Shown here piece after piece: positions 27,726 to 37,525 of a stretch of 64,000 bases of DNA; position 1 is the stretch's first letter, and each line of letters starts with the position of its first letter. The notes under the pieces were generated by a model. That model had not been told where the DNA came from and searched no databases. It was given only the letters and a program-made list of their open reading frames with translations. The DNA comes from an uncultured Verrucomicrobiota bacterium (GTDB lineage: Bacteria; Verrucomicrobiota; Verrucomicrobiia; Limisphaerales; UBA9464): assembly GCA_903896505.1 (NCBI GenBank), contig CAITXU010000287.1:21308-85307 (forward strand). Direction: 5' to 3'. The translations under genes and the position numbers were made by a program.

Positions 27726-29946
27726 ATGCCCGGAAGACGAGAATGCTCAACGGCGGCAGAGTGAAGAGGGCGGACCAGCGCTGTCCATGAACTGAATACT
27801 CCTCAGCGGTTACAGCACCGGCATTGCCCAGGTTTCCCCCTCCGTAACGCTGGCTATCGCTATTGAGTGCCTCCGTCCATTGGCCCGGCTTTGGCAAACC
27901 GATGCGATAGTTCCTGCGGACATCCGGCGTCAAATTCAGGATAACCAGCACCACCGAGGCCGGACGGGCGGAGACTCCGTCCCCGATGTCGCGGATGGGC
28001 GACTGGCGCACGAAACTGAGGACACTGTGTTCGTGATCGCCACAGTCCATCCACCAGAATCCTTCGGCCTCATAATCACTCCGCGAGAGCGCCGGTTCCG
28101 ATTGATAAAGCGAATTCAGGTCGGCCACCCAATCCTGTAGTCCCTGATGGAATGGGCCATGACCCAGCAGCCACCAATCGAGCGAGGCGTTTTCATTCCA
28201 CTCAGCGACCTGTCCGAACTCCCCTCCCATGAAAAGGAGTTTCTTTCCAGGAAACATCCATTGATAGCCGAGGAGCGCCCGCAGGTTGGCGAACGAACGC
28301 CAATCGTCACCAGGCATCCGTTTTCGAAGGGAGCCCTTGCCATGCACCACCTCGTCATGGGACAGCGGCAGGATATAATTCTCCTGAAGGTGGTAGAGCA
28401 TGGCGAAAGTCAAATCATTTTGATGATACTTTCGGTAAACGGGGTCCCGCTTGAAGTACCCGAGCGTGTCGTGCATCCAACCCATGTTCCATTTGAAATC
28501 AAAACCAAGTCCGCCCAACCAGGGGGGACGCGATACCATCGGCCAGGCTGTGCTCTCTTCTGCGATGGTCAATATCCCGGGAAATTCGGTGTGGGTCAGT
28601 TCATTGAACTGTCGCAAAAAGGCGACGGCTTCCAGGTTTTCCCGGCCTCCATATTTGTTGGGGACCCATTCTCCGTCCTTTCGGGAGTAATCCAAATACA
28701 ACATCGAAGCGACCGCATCCACGCGCAAACCGTCGACATGGAAGCGGTCGGCCCAGTAGAGGGCATTTGCGGTAAGAAAATTACGAACTTCATTGCGTCC
28801 GTAGTTGAACACCAGCGTCCCCCAATCGGGTTGAGAGCCTTGGCGGGGATCGGCATGTTCATACAATGCGGTGCCGTCGAATCGGGCCAACGACCAGTCA
28901 TCTTTGGGAAAGTGTCCAGGGACCCAATCAATCAGAACGCCGATTCCAGCCTCATGAAGTGATTGAATCAGAAATTGCAAGTCATCCGGCGTGCCATATC
29001 GGCTGGTCGGGGCGAAGAAGCCCGTAACCTGGTAGCCCCAACTGGGATAGAAGGCATGCTCGGAGACCGGAAGGAATTCCACATGTGTAAAAGCCATCCG
29101 GCGGAGATAATCAATGAGCGGCTGGGCCAAGTCCCGATAACTCCAGGACTCGAAGGCGGAACGTTTCCTCCACGAGCCGAGATGGAGCTCATAAATGCTG
29201 ATGGGTGCCCGGAGCCATTGGGTCTCACTTCTTCGCTTCAACCAGGAGGCGTCATCCCATTGGAAGCGGCGGGTGTCCCAAACGATGGCGGCATTCTTGG
29301 GGGGTTGTTCAAAGTAGAGGCCAAATGGGTCTGTTTTGAGGCGTGGCCGACCTTCGCTGTCAGTGAGTTCGAATTTGTAGAGACTCCCGACTCCCACACC
29401 GGGGATAAAAATTTCCCAGACTCCCGTGCTTCCGAGAAGGCGCATGGGATGCGCTCGTCCATCCCAATGATTCCACGAACCGACCACCGAAACCCGCCGG
29501 GCATTGGGTGCCCAAACGGCAAAACTGGTTCCCCGGACGCCGTCTACTGTTCGCGGTTGTGCCCCCAGGACATCATATAGTTTCCGATGTTTTCCTTCCC
29601 CGATCAGATAGAGGTCCGTTTCACCCAGAGTCGGTAGGAACGAATAGGCATCCCGTTGTTGTCGACGTTGTCCGGCGTGGTCGGTGATGACCAAATCGTA
29701 GGCGTAAATCTCCGTTGCTGCGTCCGTCGTCCCCTCAAAGACAGTGGTATCGCCCAGACGGGTGAGGGGGAAATGGGGTCGATGAGATTCATGAGTGGGC
29801 ACCAACTCAATGCGGGCGGCATCCGGTGCCTGAGCCCGAACCACCACGCCTTTTCTGCCATCCAGGGCATGCATTCCCAAAAGGGAATGTGGCGATGCAT
29901 GCCTCAATTCACTGAGTGATGCCAGTTCCGCCGGGGTGAGAATCAT
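27721..29946 (-). CDS. glgB: 1,4-alpha-glucan branching enzyme
   Basis: 741 aa with GH13 motifs DWVPGHF, GLRVDAVASM, AEESTAWP and LSHDEVVHGK. Confidence 0.95.
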   Translation of the reverse strand: MILTPAELASLSELRHASPHSLLGMHALDGRKGVVVRAQAPDAARIELVPTHESHRPHFPLTRLGDTTVFEGTTDAATEIYAYDLVITDHAGQRRQQRDAYSFLPTLGETDLYLIGEGKHRKLYDVLGAQPRTVDGVRGTSFAVWAPNARRVSVVGSWNHWDGRAHPMRLLGSTGVWEIFIPGVGVGSLYKFELTDSEGRPRLKTDPFGLYFEQPPKNAAIVWDTRRFQWDDASWLKRRSETQWLRAPISIYELHLGSWRKRSAFESWSYRDLAQPLIDYLRRMAFTHVEFLPVSEHAFYPSWGYQVTGFFAPTSRYGTPDDLQFLIQSLHEAGIGVLIDWVPGHFPKDDWSLARFDGTALYEHADPRQGSQPDWGTLVFNYGRNEVRNFLTANALYWADRFHVDGLRVDAVASMLYLDYSRKDGEWVPNKYGGRENLEAVAFLRQFNELTHTEFPGILTIAEESTAWPMVSRPPWLGGLGFDFKWNMGWMHDTLGYFKRDPVYRKYHQNDLTFAMLYHLQENYILPLSHDEVVHGKGSLRKRMPGDDWRSFANLRALLGYQWMFPGKKLLFMGGEFGQVAEWNENASLDWWLLGHGPFHQGLQDWVADLNSLYQSEPALSRSDYEAEGFWWMDCGDHEHSVLSFVRQSPIRDIGDGVSARPASVVLVILNLTPDVRRNYRIGLPKPGQWTEALNSDSQRYGGGNLGNAGAVTAEEYSVHGQRWSALFTLPPLSILVFRAS

Positions 29947-29995
29947 TGCCGGACCTTACTGACAGGTGCCGCCGATGGCAATCTTGGGACCGGGC

Positions 29996-31690
29996 TTAAT
30001 GACTTCCCGCCTGCTCAGAGCCTCTTTCCTGGGACCCTGACTTTTGGCGTAGATCGAAGCCTTCGAGATGAACCTGGAGGATGCGTTTGACCTCTGAGAT
30101 GGCCTCCATGGAGTCGGTGCAGGCGTGGCCTGCGGGGATAATGATCTCAGAAAGGGCGTTGGTCAGGTGTGCGCTGTCGTAGGGAACGACCCCGTCGGAG
30201 GTGGGCTTTGATTTGGCGTCACCACGATTTGCAATGATGGAATGAAATGGAACAGGAATCGGCCGTTGCTCCATAGCCCGATAAAGTGGATTTCCAGGAG
30301 ACAATGACTCGACGCTGGTGAGGCCCAGTTTCCTGTATTTCAAGAGGTCTGGCCGAACGGCATCGACATTCAGGGTCAAAAGTTCGCTCGCGGTTTGAAC
30401 GGTGGTGGCTGGCAGATGAATCAGCCGGACAAACCACCGGGAAAACCAAAGATCGGCCAGCCCGCTTCCACGGTGGGGTGTTGCAATAAAAATGACCCGG
30501 GATACGCACGGCTGTCGGTCAAAGAAAAAGCTCTCCTTGAGGTCCCGCCGAACCGAGTCCTTCACGATCAGCTTCTCCACCGGTTTGGTGAAGAAATTGG
30601 TCCAAAAAAGGTCTCCCGACTGCGTGGTTTGAAGCCGGGAAAGAATTCCACCCATACTATGGCCGATCAGCACCATTTCATGACTCGCGGCCTGCTGGAG
30701 TCCGGGGTCCAGGCGATTCACGGCATCCTTCAGGGAGGTCCTCAATTGCTGGGCGGACGCCGGGATTGGCAGCCCGGTCGGATAGATAAAATACCAGACC
30801 TGAAAGCGCTGACTGAGGATGGGATCGGCTTGAATGGCACTGGCCATTTCAAGCCACGTGGCCGGTGACGAATACAGGCCATGCACCATGACCACAGGAA
30901 TTTTGTGTGGGCGATAAGGCTCAAGCAGAAACAAGCCACTTTCCTCCAGATGCAGCCCCGGCCATAGAAGGCCCAGCCACGCCGATTTGATAAAAGCCTC
31001 CCGGGCGAGACTCAACCGCGCCACCGCCGGGTAGTTCGCCGACAAAACCTGACCCTTCAACCCGGGAATTCGATCGGGAGGGACGTGGGGGTCGACCAGT
31101 CGAAGGTGAGCGGGGCGCGGAGGGCTTGAGCCTGATTCCGGGAAATCCAACACCGCCGTAACAGGCAGGTAGATTCGTTGTGCATAAAAATTGGTCCTTT
31201 CCCGGGTCAGTTCAGGCGACTCCCCCAGCTCCCCGACCAAAGCGGCTCCCGCTCCCAACCTGGCATATTCAACAGTGATTCCTCGCTCCTCCGTGGGGTC
31301 TGCCGGGTGCAATCGGTCATAATCGGAGAGACAAAGCGATGTTCCCGATCGGTCATTGGGCGGCATCTGCAAAAGGTACGGACCCACCCGCAACCCGCCA
31401 TTGGTCAATGCCATTGCCCCAATCAGTGAAAGGCGATCCCGGAGTGAGGAAACAATTTTGGAAATCTGCCGATCAAACTTAAGCCGTAACTTTTCCTGGG
31501 ACTCCCCAGCCGCCGAGGTGGATTTTAGCTCCCTTTGCAGGGCCTCAGCCTTTTGCAACTGGGCCGCAATTGGATTCCGGTCCGGACGTTCCCGATGAGC
31601 GCAGCCGGAGAAGCCAAAGGCAATCAACAAGACGGCCCAGGCCCATGGGTTTTTCACCCGGGTACGTTTCCCGAACTTTGGACCTTTCAT
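29996..31690 (-). CDS. lipoprotein, alpha/beta hydrolase (lipase/esterase-like)
   Basis: Lipobox FGFSGC, nucleophile elbow LIGHSMGG, and VVMVHGL. Confidence 0.6.
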   Translation of the reverse strand: MKGPKFGKRTRVKNPWAWAVLLIAFGFSGCAHRERPDRNPIAAQLQKAEALQRELKSTSAAGESQEKLRLKFDRQISKIVSSLRDRLSLIGAMALTNGGLRVGPYLLQMPPNDRSGTSLCLSDYDRLHPADPTEERGITVEYARLGAGAALVGELGESPELTRERTNFYAQRIYLPVTAVLDFPESGSSPPRPAHLRLVDPHVPPDRIPGLKGQVLSANYPAVARLSLAREAFIKSAWLGLLWPGLHLEESGLFLLEPYRPHKIPVVMVHGLYSSPATWLEMASAIQADPILSQRFQVWYFIYPTGLPIPASAQQLRTSLKDAVNRLDPGLQQAASHEMVLIGHSMGGILSRLQTTQSGDLFWTNFFTKPVEKLIVKDSVRRDLKESFFFDRQPCVSRVIFIATPHRGSGLADLWFSRWFVRLIHLPATTVQTASELLTLNVDAVRPDLLKYRKLGLTSVESLSPGNPLYRAMEQRPIPVPFHSIIANRGDAKSKPTSDGVVPYDSAHLTNALSEIIIPAGHACTDSMEAISEVKRILQVHLEGFDLRQKSGSQERGSEQAGSH

Positions 31691-31920
31691 GAATAGGAGT
31701 GGTCAATCCTGTCCAAGTCAGGCCCCGGCGGGAGATCATCAAATCCTTCAAAGTCACCCGGACGCAATTCCCGGGAAATGGCATGTTCCTCGTTTAACCA
31801 TTTTCCCAGGTCAATCAGCTTGCAGCGGTGGGTGCAAAATGGGCCCCATGGTTGTTCGAACCAGGTTCCAGCCTTCCCGCATCGCGGGCATCGGACGATG
31901 GGGTTTTGGCGGTCCGCCAC
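31687..31920 (-). CDS. yacG: DNA gyrase inhibitor YacG (zinc finger)
   Basis: CPRCGKAGTWFEQPWGPFCTHRCKLIDLGKWLNEEHAI. Confidence 0.8.
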   Translation of the reverse strand: MADRQNPIVRCPRCGKAGTWFEQPWGPFCTHRCKLIDLGKWLNEEHAISRELRPGDFEGFDDLPPGPDLDRIDHSYS

Positions 31921-31924
31921 GGTT

Positions 31925-32149
31925 CTATCGGTTGAGCCAGCGACTGAGTAGCGACAGAGCCAGACTCAGTACCAGGCAGGTTGTCAGCGGAAAAATAAAG
32001 GTGATGGATTTGCCTCGAAAGGCAATGTCGCCGGGCAGCAACGTCGCCCGAGACCAGCCCCGGGATTCCGCAATCCAAAGGACGCCCCCGAGGGCCGCAA
32101 TCGCCAGCCCAATGTAAATCAGGTTTTTGCCCGTCACCATTTTGCGCAT
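31925..32149 (-). CDS. DUF2905 small membrane protein
   Basis: GKNLIYIGLAIAALGGVLW ... LPGDIAFRGKSITFIFPLTTCLVLSLALSLL. Start choice among three Met codons is uncertain. Confidence 0.6.
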   Translation of the reverse strand: MRKMVTGKNLIYIGLAIAALGGVLWIAESRGWSRATLLPGDIAFRGKSITFIFPLTTCLVLSLALSLLSRWLNR

Positions 32150-32261
32150 CCTAGCGGAATTGGGACGCGTCGCCAAGCCTCACGCGCGATAGCCGGTTTC
32201 AAACCGCAGGACAGGTCATTTGTTTTGATTCCCCCCTTGTTTTCTGGACCCGGCACGAATC

Positions 32262-32296
32262 CAATAAAAAACGGGATATGCCATGAGCATATCCCG
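32262..32296 (-). terminator. rho-independent terminator of the LamG/Ig gene
   Basis: 10-bp perfect stem cgggatatgc/gcatatcccg with a 5-nt loop. On the minus strand it is followed by TTTTTTATT. It lies 55 nt past the stop at 32351. Confidence 0.75.
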
Positions 32297-32350
32297 CCTG
32301 TCAGGTTAAGGATCGACTGTGGGATTGATCGGGTCAGCGCCTACTGTCGG

Positions 32351-35300
32351 TCAGAATTGGACCCGGTAGTAGGTCCCGGCACCCGAGGGTGTCACGACAT
32401 GGGGGGCACTGCTGCCACCGCTGACATCGACCCATGGGCCAGTGGCCTTGCTGGAGGATTGTAAATGCCCGACCGACCAGTACAGAGAGACCGTGCCATC
32501 CGATTGAGGTTGCAGAGTGATGGCGACATTGGCGTTAGCTGGGATGGTGGTACTGTCGAAGCTCGTGTTGTAAGTGCTTCCGACGTGATAAATGGTCCAG
32601 GCATCATAAGCGGTCAGCGTGCGCGTCCAGATACCGAGGTCATCCAGGTCCGCAGAACCAGATTCAGCGTAGGTACCGGTCGGGTCCTGACCGATATTCG
32701 TCGGGCTGCCCGTATCGAGGTCGCCGGATCCGATATCGAGTCGAGAATCGACTTCCTCGCCGTCCAGGTAGGTAATTCCCAAGCCGGACCGATCAAAGGC
32801 ATAGAGCAGATGATGCCATTTGCCGTCATTGATCGAGCCATCGGGTCCGTAGATGTCCGAACCACCCAGACTCCAGGACCAACCGCCCAGCTTGTAGGAC
32901 GGGGCGAAGGTGTAACCCGGATTGCTATAGGAACCGACTGCATTGCACATGAACGGAAGATCTCCGCTCAAGGACCCCTTCGGCAGGCGTACCCAAAGCG
33001 AAACGGAGAAGTTGATGTTGGTGCTGAACTGAAGGTCTGCGGGTGTCCCCAAGGTCACGTAATTAAAGGCGTTGTTGGTCGTGTCCGTGTTGTAGTGCAG
33101 GGCCTGCGTGCCGATGATGCCCGGTACCAGGGAGGGTGATCCCACATAGGTACCGTTGTTTCCACGACCGGAAGTGTCCGATGCGTCCGTATCAAAGGGC
33201 AGGTGGAGAACCAACCCATTCGTGATGTTGGCGTACACTGGCGTTGACACAACGGTCAGCGAGACAATGGAGCTGGTGGTGGACCCGACGGGGTTGGATG
33301 CCACCAGGGAATAGGCACCCATGGACCCGAAACTGGTCGGGTCGATGGTCAATGTTTCGTTGGTTTCCCCGGCAAGGCTGCTGGTGTCCTTAAACCATTG
33401 AAGCGATAGCGGAGAGGTTCCTCGAACACTGGCATTGAAGGTAACCGGTTGTCCCACCACAACTGTCTGGGATATCGGTTGGTCGAGGAACGACGGTGCC
33501 GAATTCGTTCCGTACAGCGCCGCCTGATAGTGAGCTTCAATCTGCTCGTCGCTCAAGGCCGAGGCATAGAAGGTCACCTCGGCTACCTGTCCTTTCCAGA
33601 ACTGATGAACCTTGCCATCGTTGTTTCGACCGCCGATAATGAACGGCTGGGTCAGGTTGGGAACGTAGTTGCCGTACGGACCACCCACATATTTGCCGTC
33701 GCGGTAGAAGGTCATCCCACTCGATCCGGAGACAATGGCCAGATGGGTCCATTCTTTCAAACGGATGCCACCCAAGTCCGCGTAGTAGAAGGTATACTGA
33801 TCGTTATTGCCGGTGATTCCCCACCAGGAATCGCCTGAAGATTTGACAAAGCCGTAGCCGCGACCGGTTGAACTTCCACCCGCAAAGGAGGAAAACGGAG
33901 TCAGTTCGGGGCCCGGTTCGGTGGGTTTTGCCCAACCTTCAATCGTGAAATTGGTCTTGGGGTTAAAGATGGCGGCATAGGGAATGGTTCCAAATCCACC
34001 CGAACCATCAAATGCGACGGACCCCGCGCCCGGATGATTTCCCACTCCCGGTTGCCCCAAAGTGATGCCCGTGCCAGTGAACTGTCCATCGTGACGTCCG
34101 ACAGAATCCAGGAGAACGGTGGAGCCCGGTGCGTCGTTCAGCCGCCACCAGGCCTCCGGCTTGTCACCCAGAATGACCGCCTCGAATGAACCGGGCGCGG
34201 GTGCAAGAACCGTCAGGGTAACTGGATCGCTCGTGATCGACCCGGCACCATTATGGATGGTGATCGTGTAGCTGCCGCTGTTGGTGGCACTGATGCTCGA
34301 AAAGACGAGAGAGCTATTGGTGGCTCCTAGGATGGCATCCAGCCCTTTGGACCACTGATACTTCAATTGTCCGCCGGTGGCTGAAACGCTGAGCGTGGCC
34401 GAGCCTCCCGCATAAATAGTCCGACCCACCGGGGCCGCCGTGATCACGGGTGCCGTCAGGGTGATGACATTGATGTGTGCCGCTCCGCTGGTCGCGCTGC
34501 CCGTGCCATTGGAAACCTTCAACGTGTAGTCTCCGGCGTCGGTCAGGGCGGCAGCCGAATTGGTGAGCGTGGGGTAGGTGGCACCTGGAATTGGACTTGT
34601 GCCGAGATACCATTGGTAAGTCAGCGGTGGCGTGCCCCCAGCGTCAGCCGTCACTAGAAAGGAATCGCCAACACTCACATCACTGGCTGGGCCGGAGGCA
34701 CCGCTGAAAACTTGCGGCGCGGCATTGCCGACAGCTGAGGCATACTGGGTGTAGAGTTCACCCAGCGACAGAGCTCGATTGAAGATGGCGACCTCGTCGA
34801 TCAATCCGTTGAACTCGTCGCCAGGATAGTCGGCGTCATTGCCAATCCGCCATTCGTCGTTGAACGCCTGAACGCCATGAACGGCGTCGTAATTGATGGC
34901 GTTGACGAACGATGTTCCATCGTGCAGAGCCAGTACCGCTGTGTCCGCAGTCACGGACAAGGCAACGAAGGTCCATTTGGAGTCGGGTATGACCAGGCTG
35001 CTTTTGAAATTCCCGGCAGCGGCGACCCCATTCCAATCGTAGGCAAGCCCGTTGAGGTCGCTGACGTCCGTCTTTAGACCACCAATCGAATTCTGACCGG
35101 AGGTGAAGACGATGCCGGCATTCGTGCTCTGGGTGCCATTGGAGTAAACCCAGGCCGAAATGGTGATGGTATTGGTATTGAGTCCCAACCGGGGCAGGGT
35201 GACGTAGCCATTGGTGCCATTCAGCGCCACGGCGGAATTGCCCGCCGGGAAGCCAGGGAACGAGGCGTGGCTGGGACCAGGCTGGCCTGGATTGGACCCA

Positions 35301-36259
35301 TAAATAAATCCACCGTTCCCGTTGTTGCCCAGCGAGCCCAGATTGACGGCCACAGGTGGCGGTTGATTGGGGGCTTCGCCCAATCGCCAGTATCCCAGCG
35401 GATGATCACCCAGCACCGTGGAGGCATAGGCTCCTCCGTTCGTGAGCCCCGCATTGTAATGAGCCGTCACCTGATCGGACGTCAAAGCGCCACTGTACAC
35501 AGCCACTTCCTGCACGTTTCCATCCCAACCGCGGTTGGGAATGGTCGTGGCACCAATTCGGGTGGGTTGGGTGAGATTTGGAGAGAAGCTGGGAACGTTG
35601 ACCGGCGCCGTGGCAACGCCGTTCACGTAGAGCGTGATGGCGGAACCGTTATAAACACCGACCAGGTGAGTCCAAGCCCCGGCTGTGACGGTCGGTCCAT
35701 AGGCTGTTGCCTTATAACCTACCGAATCGCCGACCCGGAATTCCCAGACGGTTCCATGCGTCCCATCTGCACCGGCATAAAAAAGGTACCCTTGGCGTCC
35801 TTTTGTCGTGTCCAGTGAGTTCAAAGGCGACAGAAGAACGGGGAACTGGGCATTCGCAAGTGCCCAAAATTCCACTGAGAAGGCCCCCGTCGGGTTCAAA
35901 TCAGGGGAGTTCGGTATATCAACGACGGGGCCATAGTAGGTGACTGAAAAGTCCGGATTCGAAAATTGGGCTGAATTGCCGCCCCCGGGGAATGCCCCTG
36001 GTTGACCGCGAGTGACGCTATCGGAATAGGTCCCGTTCTCAGCCGAGCCCAAGCTGCCGAGGTTTGCCGCCGTAAAGCTGTTCACGGTGGGCTGAGTATT
36101 TTCCTCCAGTCGCCAGTAGCCCACCGGTTGCTGCGATAAGATGGTCGAAGGATAATCCCGGGCGTCGACGGGCGAGGTGGTTAGGCGCAAGAGCGTTGCC
36201 GTTCCCAGAATGCCTGGTATCCACCGCCTCAGGTTGCGGCGGGATGAGGTTGGTTTCAT
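32351..36259 (-). CDS. giant secreted LamG (concanavalin A-like) / Ig-like repeat protein
   Basis: Repeated LamG_3-type starts occur (GYWRLEE, GYWRLGE, AWWRLND). Three I-set-like Ig units are present (YQWY..DAGDYTLKVSN, YQWSKG..SGSYTITIHN, LQWFKD..GAYSLVASN). Signal-like N-terminus from the Met at 36259. Confidence 0.75.
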   Translation of the reverse strand: MKPTSSRRNLRRWIPGILGTATLLRLTTSPVDARDYPSTILSQQPVGYWRLEENTQPTVNSFTAANLGSLGSAENGTYSDSVTRGQPGAFPGGGNSAQFSNPDFSVTYYGPVVDIPNSPDLNPTGAFSVEFWALANAQFPVLLSPLNSLDTTKGRQGYLFYAGADGTHGTVWEFRVGDSVGYKATAYGPTVTAGAWTHLVGVYNGSAITLYVNGVATAPVNVPSFSPNLTQPTRIGATTIPNRGWDGNVQEVAVYSGALTSDQVTAHYNAGLTNGGAYASTVLGDHPLGYWRLGEAPNQPPPVAVNLGSLGNNGNGGFIYGSNPGQPGPSHASFPGFPAGNSAVALNGTNGYVTLPRLGLNTNTITISAWVYSNGTQSTNAGIVFTSGQNSIGGLKTDVSDLNGLAYDWNGVAAAGNFKSSLVIPDSKWTFVALSVTADTAVLALHDGTSFVNAINYDAVHGVQAFNDEWRIGNDADYPGDEFNGLIDEVAIFNRALSLGELYTQYASAVGNAAPQVFSGASGPASDVSVGDSFLVTADAGGTPPLTYQWYLGTSPIPGATYPTLTNSAAALTDAGDYTLKVSNGTGSATSGAAHINVITLTAPVITAAPVGRTIYAGGSATLSVSATGGQLKYQWSKGLDAILGATNSSLVFSSISATNSGSYTITIHNGAGSITSDPVTLTVLAPAPGSFEAVILGDKPEAWWRLNDAPGSTVLLDSVGRHDGQFTGTGITLGQPGVGNHPGAGSVAFDGSGGFGTIPYAAIFNPKTNFTIEGWAKPTEPGPELTPFSSFAGGSSTGRGYGFVKSSGDSWWGITGNNDQYTFYYADLGGIRLKEWTHLAIVSGSSGMTFYRDGKYVGGPYGNYVPNLTQPFIIGGRNNDGKVHQFWKGQVAEVTFYASALSDEQIEAHYQAALYGTNSAPSFLDQPISQTVVVGQPVTFNASVRGTSPLSLQWFKDTSSLAGETNETLTIDPTSFGSMGAYSLVASNPVGSTTSSIVSLTVVSTPVYANITNGLVLHLPFDTDASDTSGRGNNGTYVGSPSLVPGIIGTQALHYNTDTTNNAFNYVTLGTPADLQFSTNINFSVSLWVRLPKGSLSGDLPFMCNAVGSYSNPGYTFAPSYKLGGWSWSLGGSDIYGPDGSINDGKWHHLLYAFDRSGLGITYLDGEEVDSRLDIGSGDLDTGSPTNIGQDPTGTYAESGSADLDDLGIWTRTLTAYDAWTIYHVGSTYNTSFDSTTIPANANVAITLQPQSDGTVSLYWSVGHLQSSSKATGPWVDVSGGSSAPHVVTPSGAGTYYRVQF

Positions 36260-36346
36260 GATGGGTAGGTTTTGGTGTCGTGTTGGTTTATAGGAATCAG
36301 GGCTCAAACCGCCCCACGGGCGGGGAAATTCTTTTTACCGGGAGGA

Positions 36347-37252
36347 TCAACGGGCCACTGGACGTGTCGAGTGGTCCTGAAGCCATTCCACATCGACGTT
36401 GCGTGGCGACTTGGACATCGTGGGCAGCCCGGTGGAAGTCAGCGGCGGCATGGTTCGGGAGTCCACCCATCGACGGATCTCAGAATGTCCGTCGGCAAAG
36501 GAGAAACCGCCTGCTCGTCCATGATAGCTCGCCGGTACATCCCAAAATTCATACAGCGCCGGATTATTGGGCTGATAGCCGGCCATGCTGGCCGCAAAGT
36601 TGCCCATGTTGATGCTGTCCTCTCGCTGGTCGATAAAGACGAACACCTTCGAAGGCCCTGGATTGAACAGGTCGGAATTCTTGAAATACATGATGTTCTT
36701 CGTAATAGGTGGTCCCCAGCCTCCATCCGTGCCTCCCCATCCCCCGAGGAAAACGTTCATGCACATGCTCCGAACCCGCGGGTAAATCTTGCGATTAACA
36801 GTGATGGTCGATCGGTCCGAAGGACATTTATATATCCCCAGGGATTTGCCCGTGTACGGCCAGATGGCCCCTTTTTTGATATTGAAATCCGGGTCCCAAT
36901 TCGCCCGGTTCGCGGGATCAAAGTCGAGGGTTCCGGTCACCCACGACGCGCTGAAGGTTCCCAGTTTGACAGGGTCCTCACTGGCATACGGGAGACGGTC
37001 CAGGTTGTCATCGCTGTACATACGCCAAGCCAACGATAGTTGGCGGTGGTTGTTCATGCATTGGACACCTTGGGTCTTTTTGCGGGCACCGATCAACGAG
37101 GGGAGAAGAAGCCCGGCAAGAATGGCTATGATGGCAATGACCACCAGCAACTCGATCAGTGTAAAAGCGCTTCTGTCAGAGCTCGAGGTCCGACGGGGAG
37201 TGCCAGCCTTCCGAAGTGGGGAATTCATGGTATTGAGGAACAGGGTGTCCAC
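36347..37252 (-). CDS. prepilin-type N-terminal cleavage/methylation protein with HX9DG C-terminal motif (DUF1559-like)
   Basis: [23 protein letters not shown], and near the C-terminus [13 protein letters not shown] (H-X9-DG). Confidence 0.8.
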   Translation of the reverse strand: MDTLFLNTMNSPLRKAGTPRRTSSSDRSAFTLIELLVVIAIIAILAGLLLPSLIGARKKTQGVQCMNNHRQLSLAWRMYSDDNLDRLPYASEDPVKLGTFSASWVTGTLDFDPANRANWDPDFNIKKGAIWPYTGKSLGIYKCPSDRSTITVNRKIYPRVRSMCMNVFLGGWGGTDGGWGPPITKNIMYFKNSDLFNPGPSKVFVFIDQREDSINMGNFAASMAGYQPNNPALYEFWDVPASYHGRAGGFSFADGHSEIRRWVDSRTMPPLTSTGLPTMSKSPRNVDVEWLQDHSTRPVAR

Positions 37253-37525
37253 GGGAGCGTTCCGGCGCCGACATCAACTCGAATTGTGCCAAAGCTGAAT
37301 CGTAACCGGAGCGTCACCTTCTCGACGGTCGGCAGTGCTGGTCTGAGTGTCAGCAATGACGGGAACATTTGAAATCCGGTTTTGGGGCCGCGAAATTCTT
37401 TGACTATCTGTTTGCATACTCCCAATCAGTCGTCTGTCAACCCTCGTCCGATCGTCAGGTGGAATTTTTGGAACCGAATCGAGTGAATGCTGGAGTTAAT
37501 CCGGCGTCCATGGAAAGATACCGTG

